Below the pieces are notes generated by a model, which made no database searches, was not told the origin of the DNA, and was given only the letters and a program-made list of their open reading frames with translations. Positions 9,174-18,894 of a stretch of DNA of 34,957 bases are shown here, in pieces; the first letter of the stretch is position 1, and each line of letters begins with the position of its first letter. This DNA is from Spirochaetaceae bacterium (lineage in GTDB: Bacteria; Spirochaetota; Spirochaetia; Treponematales; Breznakiellaceae), in NCBI GenBank assembly GCA_031279285.1, contig JAITIR010000119.1, forward strand, positions 1-34,957. Direction: 5' to 3'. Made by a program: the position numbers and the translations under genes.

Positions 9174-10637
9174 TTATGTGTCCGCTTCAAACAGGCCTGT
9201 AATTTTCCTGACCAGCGCCTTGCCAGCTTCCGTCTGCCCAAGACCCGCAAAGAGCCCATTCAGGGCCGCCGCCCCTTTCGACGAAAACAAATCAACCACC
9301 CTGTTTAACCCCGATTCCACGTTGCCCGCGTTAGCCAGTATTTCTATTTTCGCATTGCCAATGTTTTTCGCCTGTTCAATGCCTACATCCCGGTTCGCTT
9401 TTATCTGCTCGATCGTGATAAGGTACTGCTGGTACTCCTTGTTCTCGCCGACTTCTTTTGCAAGCGTTGTCTGCGCCGTAACGGACGCAAGCTGCCTGGC
9501 CTTTTCGGCCTCCGCTTCCGCAAGCCCGATGGACTGCTTTCCCTTCGCTTCGTTCTGCTGCTGGACAAGCGTTGCGGCGGCAACCTGCTCAATCCTGAAC
9601 TTGGACGCCTGCGCCTCCCATTCCACCGCCGTCTTCTTTGCCTCGGCCTCTATTTCGATAACGGATTTCTCCGCCTGCGCCTGCACTTCGCGCTGATACT
9701 TCTCCGCGTCCGCACCGATGCTGACAATCTCTTTCTGCTTGTTGGCGCTCACTATGGCCGCTTCCTTTTCAATCTCCGCCGCGCGGACGGTATTCACCTG
9801 GCTTACCGCCATCATCTTTTCCGCGGTAACCTTGCTCTCCTCCGCGACAGCCTGCTCCGCCTGCTGTTTCGCGATGCCGACAGCCTGATCCGATTTCGCC
9901 ACCGCCTCGCCCGACGCCTGCGCCGCAACGGCTTTTTTGACCTCGACCTCTTTTGTCGACTCAATCTCCGCTTCCTGCGCCTTCTGCCGGTTGAGCGCCA
10001 CCGTTACGCGGGACTCCTTCTCAATCTCCGATTTTTTCTTGGCCATAATATCCTGAATGACGCTGCTGTCTTTCGCGTCTTTGATATCCATCAATTCGAT
10101 ATTCTTTACCGGCACGACGCCCCATTGCGCAAGCTCTTCCTTCACATCGGTGGTAAACTGCTCCCCATAAATCGACCGTTCCTGCATGATCGATTCAAGG
10201 TCCGACTTCGCCATGATCGACCGCACCGAACCCTGCACGATCCCCGCGAGGTGGTCTTTCAGTTCCGCCATGCTCTCGACCTTCTGCGCCGCCTGATTCG
10301 TGTCGGCGATGCGGAAAAAGGCTTTGACATCAACGGTAAAGGGCAGGCGGTTCTTGTCGTACGCCTCGTAGCTGTTGAGGTCAAGATCGAAGTTGCTCAC
10401 CGGAAGCTCGCGTACGGTAACGCCCAGGAGGGGCAGCCAGACCGGCCATTTGTAGTAAACATTGCCCGCTTGCTGTCCCACCCCGTACGATACGGTCGTC
10501 TTGGACCGCTGAATGATGTGGACGGTATTTGCCGGCACGATGCGCCGGAGCTTAAGTACGTTGCGTACCAGCAGAAGCAGGATGATAAATCCTACAGCGA
10601 TACCCGCAATTGAAAGTATTTGGGTTAACTGAATCAT
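9174..10637 (-). CDS. SPFH/band-7 flotillin-like protein (YqiK/FloA-like) with a long Ala/Glu-rich coiled coil
   Basis: N-terminal TM helix (ILSIAGIAVGFIILLLLV), then an SPFH domain, then AEAEAEKARQ-type repeats. Start ATG 10637 (MIQLTQ), with AGGAGG 7 nt upstream. The ORF-track start at 10733 is likely too long. Confidence 0.8.
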   Translation of the reverse strand: MIQLTQILSIAGIAVGFIILLLLVRNVLKLRRIVPANTVHIIQRSKTTVSYGVGQQAGNVYYKWPVWLPLLGVTVRELPVSNFDLDLNSYEAYDKNRLPFTVDVKAFFRIADTNQAAQKVESMAELKDHLAGIVQGSVRSIMAKSDLESIMQERSIYGEQFTTDVKEELAQWGVVPVKNIELMDIKDAKDSSVIQDIMAKKKSEIEKESRVTVALNRQKAQEAEIESTKEVEVKKAVAAQASGEAVAKSDQAVGIAKQQAEQAVAEESKVTAEKMMAVSQVNTVRAAEIEKEAAIVSANKQKEIVSIGADAEKYQREVQAQAEKSVIEIEAEAKKTAVEWEAQASKFRIEQVAAATLVQQQNEAKGKQSIGLAEAEAEKARQLASVTAQTTLAKEVGENKEYQQYLITIEQIKANRDVGIEQAKNIGNAKIEILANAGNVESGLNRVVDLFSSKGAAALNGLFAGLGQTEAGKALVRKITGLFEADT

Positions 10638-10747
10638 AAAAACTCCTCCTTTTGTGTGTCTTTCTGCCAAGTAAATTGTAAAATGAAACGAATTGTCATG
10701 TATGTTGAAAAGTTTCAGGTTTTTTAGGCTCACACCCAGCGCTGAAC

Positions 10748-11431
10748 TTACGAACCGTAGGCTATGGCGTACAGGTTGTTAAGGATATTTTTGATCTTTT
10801 TGCCGTATTCCCTGTCCATAGCCCATGAGCCGGCAAGCTCATAGATCGTTGAGGCTGAACCGTAACGAACCAGACGGTAGCGTGGGTCAACAAGGGGGAG
10901 TTTGAGCGGTTCTTCTGTGGCGTAGGCCTTTAGGTGCTGAATCTGGGCTCGTATCCCTATCTGCGGGGACGGAAAACTTTCGCCTTCATAGCCCGGCCCT
11001 ATCGCGCCCAGTCCACAAAAATTGTTCATCTCCTGCCTTACCAGGCCGCCGAAAGACAGAAAACCGGTCTCCAGGCACATCTGCGAAAACGCTACGTCGT
11101 GATTCACGCCTTCCACTGCCGCCTCCTCGACATACAGCCGCGCAAACTCGTATGCAAAGGGTTTATCAATTTTCGGATTCACGAGCAGCAAAAACTCGGC
11201 AAGTTTTTCACTGCCAACCGAACCGCGTCCAAGTATCGATTCGGGGGGCAAAGGAATCACAGGCGAAACACTTTCAGGCTTGCTTAAGTTTTCAGTATGT
11301 TCCGGCGCTGCCGCCTTTACCGGTGCATCCTTGCGGACAAACACCTCTTGGCTGTGCGGCGCGGAACTACAGGAAAATAGCAGAAACGACAAAACGACAA
11401 AACTAAAAAAACTGAACTTTAGAGCTTGCAT
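10748..11431 (-). CDS. Lipoprotein with a glucosaminidase (GH73 / FlgJ C-terminal-like) peptidoglycan hydrolase domain
   Basis: Lipobox LLFSCSS. Glucosaminidase-type motifs: DVAFSQMCLETGFLSF...EMNNFCGLGAIGPG. Confidence 0.65.
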   Translation of the reverse strand: MQALKFSFFSFVVLSFLLFSCSSAPHSQEVFVRKDAPVKAAAPEHTENLSKPESVSPVIPLPPESILGRGSVGSEKLAEFLLLVNPKIDKPFAYEFARLYVEEAAVEGVNHDVAFSQMCLETGFLSFGGLVRQEMNNFCGLGAIGPGYEGESFPSPQIGIRAQIQHLKAYATEEPLKLPLVDPRYRLVRYGSASTIYELAGSWAMDREYGKKIKNILNNLYAIAYGS

Positions 11432-11489
11432 GACTCAATATCGGCATGAATTTACCGGATTTAAAAGATAAATCGCGTGACAGCGGCCT

Positions 11490-13274
11490 TCACGCAAGGG
11501 TTCTTTCCATAGCCAGAATCCGCTCCTCGATCAAGCCGATTCCCCGCGCCCAAAAACCGGCGTCCGTAATATCAAAACCGGCCTTTAGCGCCAGGCGTTC
11601 GGCGGAGCAACACCCGGTCGCTTCGAGCAGGCTTCTGTACACGCCGGTAAATGAGGCGTCCTCCCTGCCGCGGGCATAGAGCGACAGCGCAAAAAGCTGA
11701 CCGAAAGCATAAGGGTAGTTGTAGAACGGCAGAGCCGGGCTGTAGTAGTGTATCTTTACCGCCCACATGTAAGGGTGAAGTTTTTCCGCGTCGAGCGCGT
11801 CCCCATAAGTCTTTTGCTGCGCGTCAAGTATCATCTCACAGAGCTCCGCGGCGGAAAGCTCCCTGTCTTCCCGCCTGGAAAACAGTTCCTTTTCGAAGTA
11901 GTACCGCGACAGGATGTCCACGAGGGTCTGGCACGAGTCCTTCACGCTGCCTTCGATATGACTAAGCCTTTCAGACGGCGGCGCTTTCGTGAGCGCCGCT
12001 TCAAAGACCAGCGTTTCAGCAAAGATGCTTGCGGTTTCGGCCAGCGTCATCGGGTAACGCGAAAGGGCGCGGGGCAGGCCCTTGATCAGTTCATGATGCC
12101 AGGCGTGTCCTGTTTCATGGGCCAGAGTCAGCGCCGCGTCGAATGAGCCGTCGAAGTTGCAGAGGATGCGGACCTCCTTTGCTAACGGAAAGTCCGTACA
12201 GTACGCCCCGCCTATCTTGCCGTCCCGCATTTCTGCATCCACCCAGCCTGAAGCGTAGGACCTCCTGGCAAAGTCCGCCATCGCCGGATCAAAACTGCCG
12301 AAGCAATCCACGACAAGGTCGCACGCTTCGTTCCACGACAGGCAGGCCTGTCCAAAAGATCCCTCGCCCTGTTCTAGCGGCGCGAACAGATCGTAAAACG
12401 CGCACTTTTCGATGCCGAGCAGCCGCGCCTTGGCGGCAAGGTAACGGCGAAACAGCGGGAGTGCATCTTCTATAGCCGAGATCAGGGCGGTAAGCGTTTT
12501 TTCGCTTATACGCGACTGAAAAGCGGACTTTTGCAGCGGGCTCTTCCAGCCCCGCCGCTTGTCAACGGTGATCGCAAAGCCCTTTACGCCGTTAAGCGCC
12601 GCCGCCATCGGGATTTCTACCGCCTTCCACGCATCAAGCTCCGCCTCGTACGCGCGCCGGCGCAGTTCCCTGTCCGCGTTGTTCGCAAACGCGCGCAGTT
12701 CTGTAACCGTTTTCCGCTCCCCGGTCGAAGTGTTCCAGGTCGCGGAAGCCGTTGAAGCAAGCGCCTCGTGAAGCCGCGCCCAGGCGTCCCCGCCCGAACG
12801 GCACAGATCGTTGGCCAGGTCTTCCATTTTGCTTTCCATTTGAAAAGCGGCCCTCTCTATCATTTCCGAAAGAAAAAAGGCGTAAGGTACTACCCGGCTG
12901 TCCTCTCCCGCGAGGGACAGGATGCGCTCTTTTTTTGAGGCAAGCGCGTTGCGAAACTCAACAGCAGCCTTGCCCAGCGGCAGCTTCAACGCCTCAATGC
13001 GGTTTATCTCCGCCCTCGCCCGTTCATTCCGTGTATCGGCAGTATAGATCGCCTCGGCATAGGCGCCCAGGTTTTCCGCGTACTCGCCCGCATCCTCCCA
13101 TGCCTTAACAAGCGCAAGCAACGTTTCCGCGCTAAGATTCCGCGTCAGTTCCCCGGTCCGCGTCATCAAGCCCTCAATCTTTTCTGTCAAAAGATGGCAG
13201 TCCCGCCTGTATTCCGCGCAGTCAAAAGAACTGTAAACGGAACTCAAATCCCACCTGGGTGCATTAGAACTCAT
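11490..13274 (-). CDS. pepF: Oligoendopeptidase F (M3B family)
   Basis: HETGHAWHH zinc motif (HExxH) in an M3-like context, with length and helical N-domain typical of PepF. The start is either 13274 (MSSNAPRW) or 13310. Confidence 0.85.
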   Translation of the reverse strand: MSSNAPRWDLSSVYSSFDCAEYRRDCHLLTEKIEGLMTRTGELTRNLSAETLLALVKAWEDAGEYAENLGAYAEAIYTADTRNERARAEINRIEALKLPLGKAAVEFRNALASKKERILSLAGEDSRVVPYAFFLSEMIERAAFQMESKMEDLANDLCRSGGDAWARLHEALASTASATWNTSTGERKTVTELRAFANNADRELRRRAYEAELDAWKAVEIPMAAALNGVKGFAITVDKRRGWKSPLQKSAFQSRISEKTLTALISAIEDALPLFRRYLAAKARLLGIEKCAFYDLFAPLEQGEGSFGQACLSWNEACDLVVDCFGSFDPAMADFARRSYASGWVDAEMRDGKIGGAYCTDFPLAKEVRILCNFDGSFDAALTLAHETGHAWHHELIKGLPRALSRYPMTLAETASIFAETLVFEAALTKAPPSERLSHIEGSVKDSCQTLVDILSRYYFEKELFSRREDRELSAAELCEMILDAQQKTYGDALDAEKLHPYMWAVKIHYYSPALPFYNYPYAFGQLFALSLYARGREDASFTGVYRSLLEATGCCSAERLALKAGFDITDAGFWARGIGLIEERILAMERTLA

Positions 13275-13372
13275 AGCCCGATTATATAGTAAACAATTAG
13301 CAATTAACAATGATGACTAAGCGGATAGTCTGTTACCTTTCAAGGATTACACCGGTACAGTTGTCTGTAGCC

Positions 13373-14956
13373 TTAGTAGCCGTCGGACATTGCGCGGTTT
13401 TTATCACGCTGGTAAAGTTCCTGGTATATGAGGTTGCGGTCTTTCAATTTTTCTTTTATCTGCTGGGTAAAAGGCATATAACGCCAAAATGTACCGCGGA
13501 TATCCTTGTCAAGCTTCTGCGTGCCCTCGCTTTCCTTTGTCATCCAAACTATATAATCCTGGATAAAGTACGCTTTGACATCGCCCTTTAACTTTTGCGC
13601 CTGAAACCATTGATAGTAGTTCCCCGTCAGTCCCTCCTCCATCCAGTAGAACGAAGCCTTTTCTTTGGCAACCTGCCATCGCATATCGCCCACCGCGGAA
13701 AGGAGGGCAATGGTAAGATTTTTTGGATACATCGGTACCGCGATACGTCCTTTGCTTGTGGCCCTGTTTGCCTTGTCGAAGGGTTCCCAGCACATTCCAA
13801 AATCGCCGTAAGTGGGCAAAAGTATCACGAACGGGACGATACGGGTTGGTTTATTCTTGTAAAAACGTATGAAGGCTTCAGCATCAATGCTCTCTATCCA
13901 CGCAAGCTGTTTAATAACATTTTCCCTGAAACCTACGCCGTTTGGGCTGACGCGGAAGAATTCACTTGTCAGAATCGGAAATGCGTTCCCCTGCCGGCCT
14001 ACCGTCATTTTTGCCATCTGCCGTATTGAGCTAAACTCCGTATTGATAGACTCCAGATCGACGGAATATGCCTCCGCAGACCCGGCGGCTTCCAGTTTTT
14101 CGTTCAATATTTGAAGATCATCGCAGCCCTGCTCAAGGTCCCTCATGTATACCGTTGTTTCACGGTCAATCTTTGAAAGCGTTTTTATGCAATCCTGAAT
14201 TTCTATGAATTTATGCTTCTGTTCCTCGGTGTAATGATCGAAAATTTCCGGAAATATTTCATAGTGTGAATGATCGGTAAGTTCCTTTACCAGGCAGAGG
14301 AGTTTATTTTCAGCTGCCACGCGTTCTGAATTTTTTGAACGGAGCAGGCCCTGCGAGCCTTCAATTTTTCCCTGCGCCCTTTCCTGCAAAGTCTGAAGGT
14401 GGGCGTTCAGCCTTCCCTGTCCGCTGCCCGGCCTCGCTTCGTCGGTGGCGGAACATTTTATTTTGCCGCGCCCTATCATATTCATCCATTCATCAAGGTA
14501 GTAGACCGGCTGACCAAGGCCGCTTTCCACCGGAATCTTTGAAAGGAATTCCTTTGCCTCGGTGCTTAACAGGTTTGGGTGCAAGATGCCGAAACGCAGC
14601 AGGTATTTTTTTGACTCGGGTATTTTCCCGGAAGTTTCCTGCGCTACCTTGCTCATGAATTCCCAAAAAACACTGATTACCTGTTGACGGAATATGGACT
14701 TGTCCTTGGGGTCCTTCGTCGTGGCATACTTTTGAAAGATAGTGTGCAGGCGCTGTTCCAGGTTTCCGCTGTCGGCAAGCACGGTTTTGTAGTATGCCGG
14801 ATCGTCAAAGGCCTTGTGACCCGTATCTTCAAACAATTTCTCAACCGGGGGAAAGCCGCTCTGAATCGCTGGCTCTGTAGATGGAGAGGCAGCCTCTTCG
14901 TAGTTCGCCTGTTCCGCTGTAATTTGTTGGTTGGAATTACTTTCTGAAATGTTCAT
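13373..14956 (-). CDS. Hypothetical protein (527 aa): acidic low-complexity N-terminus, no recognisable domain
   Basis: Long ORF with coding-like composition, divergent from the flagellar rod gene. I could not recognise any family motif. Confidence 0.5.
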   Translation of the reverse strand: MNISESNSNQQITAEQANYEEAASPSTEPAIQSGFPPVEKLFEDTGHKAFDDPAYYKTVLADSGNLEQRLHTIFQKYATTKDPKDKSIFRQQVISVFWEFMSKVAQETSGKIPESKKYLLRFGILHPNLLSTEAKEFLSKIPVESGLGQPVYYLDEWMNMIGRGKIKCSATDEARPGSGQGRLNAHLQTLQERAQGKIEGSQGLLRSKNSERVAAENKLLCLVKELTDHSHYEIFPEIFDHYTEEQKHKFIEIQDCIKTLSKIDRETTVYMRDLEQGCDDLQILNEKLEAAGSAEAYSVDLESINTEFSSIRQMAKMTVGRQGNAFPILTSEFFRVSPNGVGFRENVIKQLAWIESIDAEAFIRFYKNKPTRIVPFVILLPTYGDFGMCWEPFDKANRATSKGRIAVPMYPKNLTIALLSAVGDMRWQVAKEKASFYWMEEGLTGNYYQWFQAQKLKGDVKAYFIQDYIVWMTKESEGTQKLDKDIRGTFWRYMPFTQQIKEKLKDRNLIYQELYQRDKNRAMSDGY

Positions 14957-15018
14957 TTGTTCATAATAGTAACAATGATCCCCCTGTATTTCAATACCCG
15001 ATGATATGTAACGACCCT

Positions 15019-15047
15019 TAAAGGTGATTTTTACGAATTCCGATACT
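15019..15047 (+). promoter_or_regulatory. Candidate sigma-28 (FliA)-type promoter upstream of the flagellar rod gene
   Basis: TAAA (15019-15022), about 16 nt of spacer, then tCCGATAc (15039-15046), resembling TAAA-N15-GCCGATAA. It lies about 95 nt upstream of ATG 15144. Confidence 0.3.
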
Positions 15048-15143
15048 TTAGTAACGAAGGGCGGCAGACGCTTTCATGTTAAGCCATAGCCGCTTACGGA
15101 TCGAAAGCATGGGCGAAAGCCGACTAAGGCTTGGAGGCAGCGG

Positions 15144-15989
15144 ATGATTAGAACATGGTTTACGGGGGCGAGCGGTATGCGGGCCCAGCAGTGGCGGCTT
15201 GATGCCGCGTCGAATAACCTGGCGAATGTAGATGTTGACGGGTACAAAAGGGATGTTGCCGTGCACAAGGCGTTCCCTGAGCTTCTCTTGCGGCGCATGG
15301 ACGATGACGGCGTGTACCGGCACCCGTTCGGATCGGCGGACATCGCTCCCGTGATCGGAAAGCTCGGTACCGGCGTGGAATTTAACGAGTTGTACACCGA
15401 CTTCCAGCAGGGTGAGTTCAAGGAGACGGGCAGCGACTTTGACCTGGCGCTGGACGGCAACGGGTTTTTTACCGTGCGGACGCCCTGGGGCGAGCGCTAT
15501 ACGCGGAACGGAGCGTTTCACCTTGGGAAAGAAGGCTTTTTGGAGACGAAGGAAGGCTACCCCGTGCTCGGCGAGAACGGCCCCTTGCGTGTGCAGGCAA
15601 ACAACTTTCAGGTTGACAAGGCCGGACGTGTCTGGATCAACAGGGAGTACGTAGACGACGAGCTTGTGGAGCGGGAACAGAACACTTGGGAAGATACGTT
15701 CATGCTGGACACGCTTAAAATTGTTGAGTTTGACATAGACCGCTACCTTGAAAAGCAGGGCTCTAACCTGTACCGCGCCACGGACAGTTCCGGCGAGGCG
15801 CGTACCATGGACATTGAGGTGCGTCCCCGCGTAGTTCAGGGCTTTACCGAAGGTTCAAACGTGGACCCGGTGCTGGAGATGGTTCACATGATCGAGGTGA
15901 ACCGCGCGTACGAGGCAAATCAAAAGGTGATACAGTCAGGCGATTCGATGCTCGGCACGCTGATAAACCAGACCGCCCGCGTAGGTTAG
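15144..15989 (+). CDS. flgG: Flagellar basal-body rod protein (FlgF/FlgG family)
   Basis: N-terminal ASGMRAQQWRLDAASNNLANVDVDGYKR and C-terminal VVQGFTEGSNVDPVLEMVHMIEVNRAYEANQKVIQ are rod/hook family signatures. GGAGG sits upstream. Confidence 0.85.
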   Translation: MIRTWFTGASGMRAQQWRLDAASNNLANVDVDGYKRDVAVHKAFPELLLRRMDDDGVYRHPFGSADIAPVIGKLGTGVEFNELYTDFQQGEFKETGSDFDLALDGNGFFTVRTPWGERYTRNGAFHLGKEGFLETKEGYPVLGENGPLRVQANNFQVDKAGRVWINREYVDDELVEREQNTWEDTFMLDTLKIVEFDIDRYLEKQGSNLYRATDSSGEARTMDIEVRPRVVQGFTEGSNVDPVLEMVHMIEVNRAYEANQKVIQSGDSMLGTLINQTARVG

Positions 15990-16060
15990 CAGCCTGTTGC
16001 ACTTCGCACATATAATACCAGGCTATAATGTTGCTTTTGTGAGCCGTCCTTTCGTACTAT

Positions 16061-16533
16061 ACTTTTTCCATGCCGCTTTCATCGTTTCACCCGCTGGTTC
16101 GCTCATGGTTTACCCGCACGTACGGCGCGGTTATGCCGTACAGGAAGCCGCCTGGCCGCTGATTGCCGGCGGGGAAAACGTGCTGGCCATCGCGCCCACC
16201 GGAAGCGGCAAGACGCTGACCGCATTTCTGGCCGCCATCTCCTGTTTCATTGACGGAAGCTACGATCCCGCCGCCCTCGCCGTCCTTTACCTGTCCCCGC
16301 TCAAGGCCCTCAGCGAGGACATAAGGCGAAACATCCTGGAACCCCTCCGTTCCCTCAGGAGTCATTTCGCGCTTGCCGGGTCAGCTTTTCCCGACATCAG
16401 GGTTGAGACCCGTTCCGGCGATACACCGGAATCCGAGAGGCGGCGTTTCTTCGCCATTGACGAAATTCACCCCGCGCTTGCTGTGAAAAGCGGCGGCGGA
16501 ATTCTAAGGATGAAGCATCCGGAAACGATATGA
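16061..16533 (+). pseudogene. N-terminal fragment of an Lhr-type DEAD/DEAH-box helicase, frameshifted and truncated
   Basis: Frame 1 reads MPLSSFHPLVRSWFTRTYGAV (Lhr N-terminus), then hits a stop. Frame 3 continues QEAAWPLIAGGENVLAIAPTGSGKTL...PLKAL...SGDTPESERRR (motifs I/Ia), then diverges and stops at 16533, about 158 aa in. A full Lhr protein is >700 aa. A 1-nt indel near 16128 separates the two frames. Confidence 0.6.
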
Positions 16534-16712
16534 CCTTTGAGGCGACCAGCGGGAACATTACCGGCTGGGTTGACAAGTTTGCCTTAAACTTTAACCTGCA
16601 CGGGGGCTTAGCCCTCAATTTCGGCAACGGTTTCAGGCTGGATCTGGACTTGATGGCGGACCTTATTCACTTTGAATTCGGCGCAAGCGTTGGCTTCAGG
16701 TATCAGCAGTGA
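16530..16712 (+). pseudogene. Orphan C-terminal fragment resembling an outer-membrane beta-barrel protein tail
   Basis: Alternating hydrophobic pattern ...ALNFNLHGGLALNFGNGFRLDLDL...FEFGASVGFRYQQ*. No N-terminal part or signal peptide. It is followed by about 400 bp with no long ORF. Confidence 0.3.
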
Positions 16713-17120
16713 GTCCCACCCCTCCGGTAATGTTCCTCCCGTTCCATTCCCGCCGCTTGTATTTCCGCTTTAGTTCCTGTTGAAAGTTCAGCATAGAAGG
16801 ATGTTGGAAGAAAAAGCGGACTCAAGTCCGACGCCGTAAGCGCTCTTGATAGCATCCGCATAGTCGTATTTGAGGTCATATTTTTCCCGCCGCCGGGGCC
16901 GAATCTCACAGTCAGCCCGCTGACCAATCTGGTCAAAATCGCGCAATTGCGCCTTGAGTATTCCCCGTCCCATGCCTCATTTTACCACATTTTCTAAATG
17001 TAAAACGGCTGTTTTTTCACTACAGCAGGTTGTAGCGGCGGCGGATGGCAGGATATAATGAACAGACTGACCGGCCTGCGGAAAGAAGTGTGCGCCGGCG
17101 CCGGGCCGGTTTAAACAAGG

Positions 17121-18044
17121 TTGTGTATGGTAAAAGATTTTAGGAAAGGCGCGTCGCTTGCCGTGCTGTCGTACTGTATTTGGGGCGCGCTGCCGCTGTT
17201 TTGGAAGATGCTGTCGGCGGCGGCGCCAATGCATATACTAGCGTTCAGGATAGTAGGCTCCCTACTCTTTGTCTCGGCGATACTTTTGCACGGAAAAAAC
17301 TTTACATTTTTACGGCATTTCAGGGAGCAGCGGGAACGCTTCTATATTATCTGCGCCGCCCTCCTCGTAACGTTCAACTGGGGGCTGTACATCTGGACCG
17401 TGAACACCGGGCACGCCATCTGGGCCTCGCTCGGCTACTACATCAACCCGCTCGTGTCGATCGCGATGGGGCTGGTCTTCTTCAGGGAACGGCTTTCGGC
17501 GCTGCAATGGGCGGCCTTTGCCTGTACGTCCGCCGGCGTGATCGCGCTCACCGTGATGTCCGGCGAGCTTCCCGCCGCCTCGCTCGCGCTTGCGCTATCG
17601 TTCGGCGCTTACGGCCTCGTCAAAAAAAAAATGAGCGCCGGAGCGCTCCAGGGACTGGGCGCGGAAACGCTTGCGGCGCTACCGGTCGCGATCGCGCTGA
17701 TATTCTTCCCGTTCGGCGGCATATTAGGCGGCGGGACGGTCTCTCTGTTCGGCACTCTGCCGGATCTTGCGCGTTACAGCGCGCCGTTATGGCTGGGCTT
17801 ACTGCTTGCCGGCCCGGCCACCGCTACGCCGCTACTGCTGTTCTCCGAGTCGACCCGACTCATACCGCTCTCCGCGCTCGGTTTCATACAGTTCCTCTCG
17901 CCGACATTCACGCTGCTGATCGGCGTATTCGTGTTCAAAGAACATTTTTCAACGGTTTACCTCTCCGCCTTTTCCTTCGTGTGGCTGGGCGTACTGCTGT
18001 ACTCGATCTCCATGTTGAAAAAGCGGCCGGCGGCTAATCACTGA
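17121..18044 (+). CDS. rarD: EamA-family transporter RarD
   Basis: 10-TM DMT pattern; N-terminus AVLSYCIWGALPLFWKML matches RarD. The start could be ATG 17121 or 17127. Confidence 0.85.
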   Translation: MCMVKDFRKGASLAVLSYCIWGALPLFWKMLSAAAPMHILAFRIVGSLLFVSAILLHGKNFTFLRHFREQRERFYIICAALLVTFNWGLYIWTVNTGHAIWASLGYYINPLVSIAMGLVFFRERLSALQWAAFACTSAGVIALTVMSGELPAASLALALSFGAYGLVKKKMSAGALQGLGAETLAALPVAIALIFFPFGGILGGGTVSLFGTLPDLARYSAPLWLGLLLAGPATATPLLLFSESTRLIPLSALGFIQFLSPTFTLLIGVFVFKEHFSTVYLSAFSFVWLGVLLYSISMLKKRPAANH

Positions 18045-18051
18045 GCGCCAA

Positions 18052-18882
18052 TCACTGTTCACTGCTGATTGAGCGGGACCTGCCGGCGGCCTTATGGGCG
18101 GCCTCTATGATGGTGGAGCGGAAAGCGCCCGATTCGAGGACGCGCACGGCTTCTATCGTCGTACCCGACGGGGAACAGACGGAATCTTTCAGGGCGGCAG
18201 GATGACGGCCGCTCTTGAGCACTAGGGAGGCCGCTCCTTTCAGCGTCTGCGCGGCGAAGGTGTAAGCCTTTTCACGCGGCATCCCCAGACCCACGGCCGC
18301 ATCGGCAAGCGCCTCTATAAAGATGAAGCCGTAGGCCGGGCCGGAGCCGCTTATCGCGGTAACACAGTCCATCAGGTCCTCATCAACCTGCTCAACCGGC
18401 CCTCCCGGAGACAGGAGTTCCCGCACCAGCGCGAGGGCCCACTCCACCGTTTCCGGCGCGGTCTGTTCGACGGCAAGCGCCGTCATGCTTTCGCCTATGC
18501 TTGCCGCTATGTTCGGCATGACGCGGAACAGCGCCGCCGGGGACACGCCTGAAAGCTCGTCCTGTATCGAGGCCAGCGTGACGCCCGCCGCCACCGACAC
18601 AAGCACCTTGCCTGTGCAGTGCGGCGCGATCTCATGCAGCACAGCGGGAAGCTGCCGCGGCTTTACCGCAAGGAACACCACATCGCAGAGCAGGACAAGA
18701 CTTGCGTTGTCCTGCGCCGTCCTCACTTTCAATTCTTTTGCCGCGCGGTCGCGGAGGGCGACAGTACGGTCCGTTACAAAAATCCGCGTTCCGTCTACCA
18801 CGCACGCGGCGGCCTTTGCGAGCGCGCTTCCCATCGCCCCAACGCCTATAAAGCCCGCTTTAATTTCGTTCAATGTTTTCAT
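18052..18882 (-). CDS. proC: Pyrroline-5-carboxylate reductase
   Basis: FIGVGAMGSAL NADP-binding motif plus a P5CR C-terminal domain. Last gene of proA-proB-proC. Confidence 0.9.
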   Translation of the reverse strand: MKTLNEIKAGFIGVGAMGSALAKAAACVVDGTRIFVTDRTVALRDRAAKELKVRTAQDNASLVLLCDVVFLAVKPRQLPAVLHEIAPHCTGKVLVSVAAGVTLASIQDELSGVSPAALFRVMPNIAASIGESMTALAVEQTAPETVEWALALVRELLSPGGPVEQVDEDLMDCVTAISGSGPAYGFIFIEALADAAVGLGMPREKAYTFAAQTLKGAASLVLKSGRHPAALKDSVCSPSGTTIEAVRVLESGAFRSTIIEAAHKAAGRSRSISSEQ

Positions 18883-18894
18883 GGTCCACCTGAA

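Noticed and set aside
16788-16973. 61-aa minus-strand ORF in the decay zone
   Set aside because: No Shine-Dalgarno sequence and no recognisable motif. Probably residual sequence from a deleted gene.
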